A stretch of DNA of 59,881 nucleotides, counting the filler, from Sphacelaria rigidula (lineage: Eukaryota): assembly GCA_964200075.2 (NCBI GenBank). It is 6 parts of 6 records of this genome, joined end to end, with 100 filler letters (N's around TTAATTAATTAA, not from the genome) between each part and the next. Parts side by side here need not be neighbours in the genome. Positions count along the whole stretch, not along the records: positions 1 to 9,898 come from CAXNAA020007529.1; positions 9,999 to 19,896 come from CAXNAA020007530.1; 4 more parts are not named here. One strand, written 5' to 3'. The notes below the pieces were generated by a model. The model had not been told where the DNA came from and did no database searches. It saw nothing but the letters and a program-made list of their open reading frames with translations. How positions within the stretch are numbered: position 1 is the first letter of the stretch; the number at the start of each line of letters is the position of its first letter. Of this stretch, positions 1-11,040 are shown in pieces. Position numbers and translations under genes: made by a program.

Positions 1-270
1 CAAGAGAGATATGCCACTTCAGCCTCATATTTTTAATGAACCCCAAAAAATAAAATCGGCTGTTACATAGATGATCGGCTGTTTAAAGCGTGGTGTACGG
101 CATGTACGGTGCGGCAGGGAATGGAACAGCAAATGCTGTCTTGACTGGTGCATTTTTGGACTGCACCTGACTGCACGTTATGCGATCGAACACTTGCTTG
201 GCGGCACAACCTGCGGCCGATCACTGCGGGAAAAAAGTTCACATCAAGCCACGTTACATCAGCTTCGCTA

Positions 271-1387
271 CAGGCTGGTTCAGGTTAAAAACCCAAAATT
301 GTGTCCCCGGCGACTCTTCACGCTGTTTTTTAGACCACAAAATTTTGCACACATGTTCTCGAAGGCATTATTATCTAAAACTCGAAGACTAGGCTTTTTA
401 TTGGTGGTGTAGGGGTCGAGATAGCCGGAATTAGCACCCCCCCGGTCAATTTGGTCAACCGCGACCCTGGATAACCGGTCAATACACGACAAAACCAAAA
501 AAGTGTATCCTTCGGGTTTCAGGTGATACCTTCGAGAACATGTGTGCAAACGTTTGTGGTCTAACTCGAAAAAACGGCGTGAGGAAATTCGAAAGAGTGC
601 GCTGGAGCATAAAAAAACTGTCGGCCCCCCTAAATACTTGATTAAATTATACAATCGACCTTTTTGGGGGTTGTTTTTACGGTACAAGACCCAGCGGATT
701 CAGGTTTTCGAGTTGAGCAACGAAAATTGGTACACGTGTTCCTTGGGATACCACCTAACCCTAAGACATCAAGCTTTTGGGGGTTGAGGCATTCTGTACC
801 GGGTTTTGGGGGTCTTTGTTCGGGGATCCCCGGAAGCCGGTAGAAGGCCGAGAAAATGTGAAATATTCCCAATAACACAATTTTTCTATTTGAAGCATCA
901 ATACCTACGGAACTGCCAAGTTTGAGGATGATCTCAGCTTTTCTACAACAGATAAAGGGGAAATCGTCAAGAGGTTCCGTGGGTCTTTCGTACGTATCAT
1001 GAGTGGAAATCAGACGACGCCAAAGCTCCACATCACCGAAACATTACGGTTTCGGGCAAAATTCAACCCCGTTGAAACCGTTTTCATATCTCTTTCTCCA
1101 GTTAGATTCCCAAGCTGGTGACGATTACTACGATTTGAAGCATGTGGAGATTTGGTGGAAATTGGGCTTGGAAGTCGTGTTGTCAATTTCGGAACAGTTT
1201 GAAAGGCGCTGATTAGTCGAGACATATTTTTGTCCATAGCGCCACCGCTGTAGCATTGAACAAAACTCCATGTCACCCTTTTCTTCTGTTCATTGCGGTC
1301 AGCATGATACCCTGTATGCGACTATTGGGTGCGGCGGAAGGCATTTGCCGGGGACACAATTTTGGGTTTTCAACCTGAACCAGCCTG
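271..1387. mobile_element. Non-autonomous Tc1/mariner-type DNA transposon (MITE-like, 1.1 kb)
   Basis: ~45-bp TIRs (CAGGCTGGTTCAGGTT.AAAACCCAAAATTGTGTCCCCGGC at 271 and its reverse complement ending 1387) flanked by TA at 269-270 and 1388-1389. Internal inverted repeat 316-584. No transposase ORF. Confidence 0.85.
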
Positions 1388-1582
1388 TATGGACGTTTTA
1401 CACACGCGGCCATTCGGCTGCCCCTTCAAAATCCTCCATTGCGATTTTCATCCTTTCGAGGGTAAAGTGACCCTCCCGAGGATAAAAATACCCTCTGGAG
1501 GGTATTTCATACTCGGTTCCGATCATGAAACGAATCCTCTAGAGGGCATCCGATGCTTGAGTGACTTCGGAGGTCTGAATCC

Positions 1583-1938
1583 TGTTCGTAGGATGGCCTG
1601 GGGTAGTCAATGAGACACACCTTGTCAGGGTAAGGTACAACAGTCTAGTGATATACCTGTTTGAGTTCCGGGTACTACGCGGGATGACTTTATACTGTGA
1701 TGTTAGTGACTAGACATACGTGAGTGGTGCTTGTCGCATGTTGGTACCTTGGCCCCCACTGGGTCCACTCCCCTTCCTTCTGCATCAACACAGCTTTATA
1801 TACATTTCTACCTCATCTTGATCGGCAGTCAGCCGTGTCCATTGATCGCCTATCGCAGTCGTGTCCATTGATCGACTATCTGAGTCGAGTCTGCACCCCA
1901 TCCTCTCACGGGGTCACGAAGCTACAAACACTCCAACA
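1583..1938 (+). repeat. 5' LTR (356 bp)
   Basis: Direct repeat of 5224-5583, differing by about 5 substitutions and one 4-bp indel. Confidence 0.95.
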
Positions 1939-1984
1939 CTCTAGACCCCCTACCCAATTTGGGAGCTTTGTGGCCAAGGAACCG

Positions 1985-2849
1985 ATGGCGGACTGGAGCA
2001 CCGCGAAAAGACACTTGGCCGTCGTGGGAGACACATCGTCTCAAACGGAGATGCTGGAGGTGAAAGAGAATGTCGCCAGCTTGTATGGATCGGTGACGGA
2101 AAATACCGAGCAGCTGGCGGAGCTGAGGATGATGATGTCCCAATCAGTGCGCGGGACATTGTCCACTGGCCCCGGAGCGGCAGCGGACAGGGGGGGGAGA
2201 GGCAGGCGACGGGAGGCACACCGTCGCCGGTGCCGGAACAGGGAGGATCCGGTCACCACGCGGTGTAGGGATTGTATCAGGCCCTCTCCGAGGATCCACG
2301 GGCGATGGATCTGCCCAAGTAAGTATGAACGAGGAGTCCCCGGCTTACTACCCTCATCTACGCGTGAAGAGTTGTTTCTGCATTGATGAAAGATTCTATG
2401 AGAAGTTTGACGGTAGGGAGGAAAATGGGCCGTTGTTCCGTGATGATGATTCCCTGACGCAACTTAGTGCCGCAGTTTTAATAAGCGCCTCACGTGACAA
2501 ACGGGAAATATTTCCGTATGACACAGGAAACTGGTCAGGACCCCCGTGAATAGTGGCAGGGGAAGTCGAACAAGGAATTCACAAGGGATCTCGGGAAATA
2601 CGGGGGATTCAAAGCCTGATGGGCGTGAAAAATGGTTCTCTAAAGGAGAGGCGGTGTTGGATTTGCCGGAAGCAAACAGCACACTCCGCGCATGACTGTC
2701 CGGAGCGATTTTGGATGAGATGCGGACAAAAGGGATATTATTTCCAGGATTGTAGTACAGGAGAAGACGAAGATACAGCGACGGCAGTAGGGTCGTCGAG
2801 TAGTAGCGATTCTTCAGTATATTTGGAAGCGGACGCAGAAGCTTTTTGA
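1985..2849 (+). pseudogene. Frameshifted gag-like remnant with two zinc-knuckle-like motifs
   Basis: MADWSTAKRH... begins shortly after the 5' LTR. CWICRKQTAHSAHDC and a degenerate MRCGQKGYYFQDC lie at 2655-2753. The sequence is split over several frames. Confidence 0.7.
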
Positions 2850-4691
2850 AAAATGATGGCATGAGACCTATGCATGATTCAAATACCCTTTCACTTCTAT
2901 GTTTCGAGGGTTCGTGGCCATCGTGCAGATAATGATCGATGTACCCAAGGAAAGGTTGATGCCCAGGTGGATCGAGATGTTGGTTATCTCTGGACGATAC
3001 TGAGACCATGTTTTTGATATGGAGACCGAAACTCAGTGTTGATGTTTGACGAATATTTCTATCTCGATGAGTGCGGACTTGCTTTGCGCGCTTGCTTGAC
3101 TCGATTGATGAATAGAAGATCGTCTGTCGTTTTTATGAGTGTGAGAAGAGCGGGGCACCGCGTCTCAACTTGACTGTGGAACGGTGTGTGTAAAATTGCA
3201 CAGAATGGAGATGCGTGAAAAGTGTTAAGGACATGTTTTGACATGGATGCCGAAACTCAACGCTTATGTGTAACATTGTTGCCACCCCGATGAGCACAGG
3301 ACTGTGGGGCACCACACCCTTACTCGATCGGTTGAGGTGGAACCTTGTTCGTTGCCTTAGTGAGTACAAGCACATGGGGCACCATGGTCTGACTAGACTA
3401 GAGGGTGATGTCGGTAAAACGTTCCGCAGAGGGGTATGCGGATGAACGATGATTGAGACCACAAAATTTGAGGTGGATTCCGAAACTCGACATCTAAGTG
3501 AAGAGGTTATTATCATTCCGAGAGGTGCAGGATTCGCGAGGCATCGGTTTCTTGACTTCGTTGTTATGGTAGGAGCAAGGATTGAGTAGCGCAATATTAG
3601 CAGCTTGACCTGATCATGATAATTTCGGAAGAGTGACTGTGGGCACAAGTGAAATTCCTGTGCTACAGATCAGCAAAACGCATTTGACCCATATTTTATG
3701 GCTGATAAATAGAGCTGATGTCATGTGCGAGATGCGGTTCATGTGCACGGCATGCTAAGAGAAGGGTGCATTGTATCACCCAAATGGGAGCTGGTCGTAA
3801 CTCGGCTGGCTGGCCAGGCGAATTTCATACAGGTTTACACATGTTGGCACGGCATGTAAAAGTCAAAGTGTACTCTTTCATGCAACCAGGGTGCTAGCGG
3901 CCGAACTGCCGTTTGATCCATGTGTGGCATGTGAACGAGAAGTGAAGTGTTGAGATAATTGTGCTGGATCCGGATATGATATGTGGGTGTGCGTTCGTGA
4001 TTGCCGCAGCGCGACACCACAGTACGGTACGTGGTAACTGTATGTTCATTGGTTGATGATTGACGCGCCTGAGTAACATGGATATTAATACTTTTCCTTT
4101 TTGTCGTCCCACTGCCCATCCCCCTCGGGTCTGTACGATATGTGAAACGCTGAGCTTCAAATTTGTTTTGTCCGACACAGGTGCTCTCTGTAAGGCTGAG
4201 ACGAGCACGAGATTATGGATGGTTTTGGAGGGTGGTGACCGACCGGGATCAAGATCAGCCCCTCGCTGCAAATCTCCCCGCTATGGGGGAAAGATGATGA
4301 TGAATGCAGCACTCCTTCCCTGTGGCCAAGAAGCGGGGGGGGGAAAACATTGATAGCAAGAATTGGGGGGGGGCTGATGCTGATCGTGTATTTCGTCTGG
4401 AGGCGTTGAGCTGCTTTGCTCCGCCGGTCGCCGAGGGGGAATAAGGGGTAAAGTAGATGTCGTGAGTGTCTAGTTTGGTTTGATGACGTAGGCACTACTC
4501 TAGTATGTATTACTGAATTTGAAATTTTGATTTTTGATTCTTGTACTGTAGGCAGCTGACTGACTGTGAAGTGGATTTTGGAACATGTGATCCGAGTTTC
4601 GAAAGCTGTCCACTGTACTGTGTTGTGTGGGTTCATATATTATCTAGGAGTTTTGTCTCGCATGCGTAGCGCAGGTTACTCGAATGCTTAA

Positions 4692-4852
4692 CCCTCTTGA
4701 GACCGGATTCCCAGAAACATGATATTTGCACACGGGGGTCCCTTTTGCTACTCGGTATCATCTTCATTCATTTTTAGGTAAAAATGATGCCGATTCACAG
4801 AAAAGCCCTTGCGTGCAAACACCATGTTTCTGGGAGCCCGGTCCCAGAAGGG
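4692..4852. mobile_element. piggyBac-type MITE (161 bp) nested in the Copia element
   Basis: TTAA|CCCTCTTGAGACCGG...CCGGTCCCAGAAGGG|TTAA, with ~30-bp imperfect TIRs and a TTAA TSD at 4688-4691 and 4853-4856. Confidence 0.85.
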
Positions 4853-5223
4853 TTAATACGACCACCCACGCTATTGTATGGAGCATGGGCTAGTACAGTT
4901 GCAGAATTTGACGTGCGTTTTGCGTGGATTGACCATCAGGAGCTACAGTGTGGTGAACACACAGCTCATGCATCCCTGTTTTTCTTGTCTTGGTGTGAAA
5001 AGAAGAATACCGATGTATTTGGTTCTTGGCTGGTCCCATAGTCGTTGAAAGAAGTGACGAGTTTCGGGATTTGCGGTGGTTTTACGGTTGTGATGAAATT
5101 CATTTTTTGAGAGGATACACCTATTGAATGCGCCGTGAGCGGAAGAGTTCTTCTTCGGTGGGTAGCTCTGCTCATTGGGTATGGTCCTTGAAACTTACTT
5201 TTGATACCCAGTCAATGGGGGGG

Positions 5224-5583
5224 TGTTCGTAGGATGGCCTGGGGTAGTCAATGAGACACATCTTGTCAGGGTAAGGTACAACAGTCTAGTGATATACCTG
5301 TTTGAGTTCCGGGTACTACGCGGGATGACTTTATACTGTGATGTTAGTGACTAGACATACGTGAGTGGTGCTTGTCGCATGTTAGTACCTTGGCCCCCAC
5401 TGGGTCCACTCCCCTTCCTTCCTTCTGCATCAACACAGCTTTATATACGTTTCTACCTCATCTTGATCGGCAGTCAGCCGTGTCCATTGATCGCCTATCG
5501 CAGTCGTGTCCATTGATCGACTATCTGAGTCGAGTCTGCACCCCATCCTCTCATGGGGTCACGAAGCTACAAACACTCAAACA
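5224..5583 (+). repeat. 3' LTR (360 bp)
   Basis: Direct repeat of 1583-1938, followed by TSD AATCC. Confidence 0.95.
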
Positions 5584-5887
5584 AATCCCTCCAGAGTACC
5601 AAGAATATGGTGCTCTGCAGCACGTGGTTTTCGTGAACGCCCTTTAGAGGGAAGTATGAACATCAGCATGGGGATTTATGAGCATCATTCCTCTGGAGGA
5701 GGGACCGACTATGACCTCTAAGGCATTTGCTGCGACTCCGGGGGACATAGCCGTACAGTATCCTCCAGCTTGTAAACATAAATTTGGGCACTTGAGTCCT
5801 AACTGCTTCCAGGCCACCTTTGGGACCCCAGCAATCTTATGGCACGGGCCATCACGCCAGGTATATCTATATCACCCGCCGTTCACA

Positions 5888-5988
5888 TTGACCTTCCTCC
5901 TGTGTGACCCCGGCTGGTGCGCCCGCATACTGTATACCGAAAGGTGTGGATCGGCGTCCAGAATAGATGGGACGACAACACACATACA
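5888..5988 (+). mobile_element. 5'-truncated SINE family 1 insertion
   Basis: SINE-1 3' end (GGCGTCCAGAATAGATGGGACGACAACACAC) flanked by the 14-bp TSD ACCCGCCGTTCACA (5874-5887 and 5989-6002). The site is empty in the paralogous repeat copy at ~9174. Confidence 0.9.
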
Positions 5989-7399
5989 ACCCGCCGTTCA
6001 CAGGTTAAATTGCAAACCCGACAACGCTTATATTCCCAGCTACAATACCACCACAATAACGCTGCAGCAAAGACTGCGAGTCGGGCACAGGGGTATAGAT
6101 ACACACTGCAGTAGTTGGGTATGATGTATGTCTTGGTGGAAGTTTAAACTTCAGCATCTTCCTCCATGCTCGCAGAGTCGCGCAGTGCCGGAACCATGCG
6201 GGGTAGGGTACCTGCAATAACCGGCGGCTAATACGTATAATGCGTACAACACCCGCCACGGACAGTGCAGGCAGACAGAAGCTGCGCACACTGTTCAAGT
6301 TCTTTTTACGTCGCACTGTGAGCAGAAAACATACATATAGTCCTGCGCTATCTGTACTGTACTTTTCCCGCTTCCCCTTCACGTCCTACTGACTGCAACG
6401 TGAGCATGCTACGAAACGGGCATGTATACTCAGTAGCTGACGGTATATAACACCCCCATGCACCTAAAGTCACAGGGATCTACTTTGTTTCGCCATGCGT
6501 GGCGCATATGCAGCGCTAACTCTGCAGTAGATTGCACCGCACGTATATAAGCACGATATGGTGCTGTCCTGCTCGGTATTGTACAGTTCAGTACAGCACC
6601 GAACCGTGCTTATTGTTGTGATTGTCATATCGTCGTCAACGTACAGAAAAAACGGCGACCAATTATTTTCTGGTGTTCATTCGAACAAATGGTAGACCCG
6701 GGACTACGGGGTTTGAAAACCTGTGTACACACATCCTAGAGGTTCGTGCAAATCTCTCATCTTCATCACCAGCGTCTGGTGTACAAATTACATATGAGAG
6801 TGTACATGGGATTTGTACAGCCTCTGCTGTTCGAAATAAATCCTCATTGTCCGATTCCAATAATTTGGAATTAGGATCTATATCGAATAGCAGAGACGGT
6901 AAATATTCCAGATTTTTCCGTAGCACTTGTGCCTTCGAAAACAATCCAGGGAATTCACATATTGACAGAGACCTTGGAGGGCTCCGACATTGAAAGTTTT
7001 CTAGAGGATTACGAAATACCCAAGATCTTCTAGCGGGGATTTCAATACGGACGGAGCCGAGGATGACGTTTGGAACTTCCTCTACAAGGTAGACGAATGG
7101 CCGCGTGTGTAGCGTTCGCTCTGAAGTTTCAACGCTTCCACTCTGACTCCGACTCTATGATCAGGAACAAAATATTCCGAAACTCTCTAATGATTGCCAA
7201 AATCAATTAATCGAATCAAAGTGGCATCCCGGCTTACAATAATATATAAATGATTTCCAATCATTAGAACCGAATGAGATACACGACATGAAATGATCTC
7301 AACATTCAGTGAGACAAAGTGATATAGAAGTTAGGCGGCGGAAATGATGTGAAGAAAAAATCGTTGTCAATGTGCACGGCGTCGCGCACTTCCGCCGAC

Positions 7400-8716
7400 C
7401 GGGGTTGCACATCGAATATCGATAATCGATACGATTTCGAAAATTATCGGCGATATGCCATATCGGTATCGGAGCGTAGAAAACCGATATATGTGATATG
7501 TATCTATATCGAATATCAATCTCGAATATCGATACGCTCGATATTTTTGTTTTTTTCGTCACATCAGCTCAATTTCTCGAAACCGTCGTCACAAGAAACG
7601 CGGGGGGGGGGGGGGATTTCCCGAACGGCAGACCCCCAGTTAATGTGCAACTCCGCCCCCCCCCCATTCCTCACTCCACATGGTCCCCTTCACACACCAC
7701 ACACCGCTGGTGCATCGTGGGTTTAGAGCTTAGTGATATGATTCAGCGGGGGTGTTTACCAACGGCCACATACGGGTGGCGTGGCGGAGTAGATATGAGG
7801 TCACGATCAATGCAAAGCTGCAGAAAACAGTAGAAAACAGCTGCCCTTCGGAGTATGAGGAGATGGTACTGTCGCCTCGCCTTTCCTTCATGCTTGACGA
7901 GTGTTGGATTTATTTTCCCCTCCATCCATTTGTCTGGACATTTCTCATTGTTGCAAGCTTAGTGGTTTTTTCTTCTTGGTTGGTGACATACAAATATAAT
8001 TTTTTTGGCATCCAAAAATTAATACTTGACGCATGCTGCCGACGTTTCCCTTTATTGGTAGTGATGAACGTTGAAAAAAAAGTTCGCATTTGAGTTTGTG
8101 CATGTTCGAAATTTGACACATTTTCCTTTTCAAATGAATGTGCAGAGTCGAGGTATGCGCTCATCCGATCGGAACACACGGAATAGTGACCGAAGAAATG
8201 AAAGCAGTATAACCAATACCACACCCGGCCCGCTGTGATCAACTTCCTCTTTCTTGCACGGCGACGAAAGATATTCGCTAGACAGCTGTATCACCGCATG
8301 CCGCCGCTGCTATGATGTCAATTTGCACACTACCCGCTGCTGTACATCATGTGTCCACTGCTGTCCACTGGAAACTACCGTAGTTTGTTGCTTGAGATAC
8401 CACACCCTCAGGAGCGATTTCCAAAGCTCGATTAATTTCTCTCGAGGAGATGGTTGCACCGCCGCCCAGTTCAGCCCTGGCATCGCATATGTTGAGGAGT
8501 AAGTGAGCGTGGGAAGTCTGTGTAGGGGATGTGGTATCTTAAGCGACCTACAATAGTGGGTGAGGGTGTCAGTGTGCAAGTGTACTGCTCGGTCTTATAC
8601 TCTGCGGCCATACCAAAACAGCCGTATCGTGCATTGATACTCGATACGTATCACGTCATTTTCGGAATATCGACAAAAATATCGGTATCGGCAATTGTGG
8701 TTCGATAGTCCAACAC
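7400..8716. mobile_element. Possible degenerate hAT-like non-autonomous element
   Basis: ATCGA/CGATA-rich subterminal tracts at 7410-7545 and 8625-8706, with a weak TIR pair (GGGGTTGCACATCGAA vs TTCGATAGTCCAACAC). No TSD found. Confidence 0.35.
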
Positions 8717-9670
8717 ACGCGGCCATTCGGCTACCCCCTTGGAATCTTGTATCGCGATTTTCCCTCTGCTGTTCATATTTCCCTCTACTGTTCATATTTC
8801 CCTCTAAGGGACGTTCACGGAAACCACGTGCTCCAGTGCACCATATTTTTGTTACTCTGGAGGGATTCGGACCTCAGAAGTCACTGAAGCATCATGTGCC
8901 CTCCAGAGGATTCGTTTCATGACCGGAACCGAGTATGAAATACCCTCTAGAGGATATTTCTATCCTCGGGAGGGTCACTTTACCCCCGAGAGGAAGAAAA
9001 CAGCCATATGAGCGGCGGGACCAACTATGGCCTCTAAGGCATTTGTTGCGACTCCGGCGGACATAGCCGTGTGCAGTATCCTCCAGCGTGTACGTTGGCA
9101 CTTGTGCGCTTGCGTCCTATACCTGCTTCCAGGGGACCTTTGCGACCATCACGCCAGAAAAAATGTATGTGTCACCCGCCGTTCACAGATCGAATTGCAA
9201 ACCCGATAACACTTATCCCCAGCAATAATACCACCACGATAACCCTGCAGCAAAGAGCACGAGTTGGGCACAGGAATTTAGATGCACACTGCAGTAGCTG
9301 AGCATGATGTAGGTCTTGTTCGTGGAAGTTTGAACTTGAGCAGCGGGGTATGGTGCGAGCAACAACCGGCGGTTTACTGCGTACACACCCATGAACAGTG
9401 CAGGCAGACAAAGCTGCGCACACTGTCCAAGTCCTTTTTACGTTCCACTGTGAGCAGAAAACATACATATGGTCCTGCGCTGTCTGTAGTGTACTTTGTC
9501 CGCTTCCCTTTCACGTCCTACTGACTGCAGCGGTGAGCACACTGCAAGAACGGGCATCGTATATACTCAGTAGCTTACGGTATATAACACTCCCATGCAC
9601 CCAAAGTTACAGGCATCCACTTTTTGAGCCACACGTGGCGCATATGCCGCGCTAACTCTGCAGTATATTG
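8714..9670 (+). repeat. Unclassified ~0.95-kb interspersed repeat, copy 2 (internal segment inverted relative to copy 1)
   Basis: Flanks are collinear with copy 1. ~8760-9000 is the reverse complement of 1446-1582 plus 5589-5675. Confidence 0.85.
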
Positions 9671-9838
9671 TCTCTCCCTTGTCCAAAAAATAAAATCCAG
9701 CCATCCATCCTCAAACTTCAAACCATCCATCCTGAAACAATATTTATCTTGTAGACATTAACTTACTTAATTATAAAATATATATTGCAACAGGTATATA
9801 CCCGTATTATATCATCACTATTATCATCATCACTAGTT

Positions 9839-9898
9839 GCCGGTCGCCCCGGTGGCTCAGTTGGTAACCTCGCAACCTTCTGATGGTTGAGTTGGGGG
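9839..9898 (+). mobile_element. SINE family 1 tRNA-like head, cut by the contig end
   Basis: GCCGGTCGCCCCGGTGGCTCAGTTGGTAACCTCG matches the heads of the other copies. Confidence 0.8.
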
Positions 9899-9998
9899 NN
9901 NNNNNNNNNNNNNNNNNNNNNNNNNNNNNNNNNNNNNNNNNNTTAATTAATTAANNNNNNNNNNNNNNNNNNNNNNNNNNNNNNNNNNNNNNNNNNNN
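9899..9998. other. Artificial contig linker
   Basis: N44-TTAATTAATTAA-N44 (stops in all six frames). Confidence 0.99.
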
Positions 9999-10139
9999 TT
10001 TCATTAATTTTTTCACTGGTTGAGGGCGTGTTAGTATGGTAAAGACCATTTCTTCACGAGAACGCCCTAACCTCCATGAAAAAAAACAAAATGAAGGCCC
10101 ATTTTTTTTTTGTTCGGCATTCTTCTGCCGTTCTGCACA

Positions 10140-10405
10140 CCAATTTTCGTCGCCATCGGCTAAATGCATGAATCGAGTTTCATAGAGATTGTAGTATTGG
10201 CGCTATCTCCCTTAGGTACAGGAATTACTAGGCATGGGGTTCAATCAACGAGAAAATATGGGCCCAAACTTTTGAGTAGATGTATGTGCACCTCCCCCTT
10301 GATAAGACGATTAATACGGTATGCGATCACGGCCCACTCCGTTTCCGGTGATGAGATATTGCTCTGCCAGGTTGGATCCGTTTCTGGGCTGGCCCAGCTT
10401 GTAAT
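10140..10405 (+). repeat. Unclassified interspersed repeat shared with ~53530-53790
   Basis: Collinear similarity, e.g. TATCTCC..GGTA.AGGAATTACT.GGCATGG..TT.AATCAACGAGAAAA..GATCAC.GCCCACT.CGT. Confidence 0.7.
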
Positions 10406-10561
10406 AATGTGTTGTTTATATATTGGTAATGTGTATGGTAAGGAATAGCAAATGCGGTATTGGAAAGGCGAGCCTACGTCTGTGACCACGGGTTCGCGAG
10501 ATCGGGCTAATGCGCGGAAAAATAATAAATAATAGTAATTTGTCGCCTTCACATTAAAAAT

Positions 10562-10912
10562 CGTTCCGATATCTGCGCGGTACATTCGTACTCGTACTGG
10601 GCATCTGATGCGGATGCCTTCCGTGGTTACAGGCTAGCTACTCATGACGGACAGAAAAAATGCTGCCACGCTTATACAGGGGGCGGTATGGCAGCGTAGG
10701 GAAGGATTTTGATCGATCTCTAGGTGTTGAGACGGGTCCCCGAAAAAGCTCATCGTGGTACATAATCAATCACCCATTTTGAGCCTCGGGGTCGCTAGAA
10801 TCGAAGTAGGTGGCTTTCTGCGTGTAGAATTAGAATTGGTTCAAATCCGTTTCTGTTAAAAGCCCTACCCGATTTTTTCTATCGGATGCTCGAAAAAATC
10901 AAGATTTGTTGC

Positions 10913-10944
<32 letters not shown>

Positions 10945-11029
10945 TAGTTGTCTACCGTTCGGATATCTGCGCGGTATATTCGTACTGGGCATCTGATGCG
11001 GACGCCTTCCGTGGTCACAGGCTAGCTAC
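10562..11029 (+). repeat. ~75-bp direct repeat pair (10562-10641 and 10956-11029) with a (GTT)n microsatellite at ~10907-10943
   Basis: CGTTC.GATATCTGCGCGGTA.ATTCGTACT...ACAGGCTAGCTAC occurs twice. Confidence 0.85.
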
Positions 11030-11040
11030 CTATAATAAGG

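Larger units (their letters stand above)
1583..5583 (+). mobile_element. Non-autonomous Copia-like LTR retrotransposon
   Basis: TG..CA LTRs at 1583-1938 and 5224-5583, 5-bp TSD AATCC (1578-1582 and 5584-5588), and a G-rich PPT just before the 3' LTR. Decayed remnants lie in Copia order: gag with zinc knuckles, integrase-like AQNGDA*K (~3200), RT-like VLR*L (~3950), RNaseH-like FDVRFAWI..NTDVF (~4910-5020). Confidence 0.9.
1401..6534 (+). repeat. Unclassified ~0.95-kb interspersed repeat, copy 1 (interrupted by the LTR element and a SINE fragment)
   Basis: After removing 1583-5588 and 5888-6002 it aligns with 8714-9670, from ACACACGCGGCCATTCGGCT to GCTAACTCTGCAGTA.ATTG. Confidence 0.85.

Noticed and set aside
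1724..2386. 220-aa ORF as a gene
   Set aside because: It starts inside the LTR (the same peptide recurs at 5372-5647). Only the part from ~1985 is gag-like.
9943..9954. Periodic TTAATTAATTAA motif every ~10 kb
   Set aside because: Embedded in fixed N44 runs. It is an artificial all-frame-stop linker, not biology.
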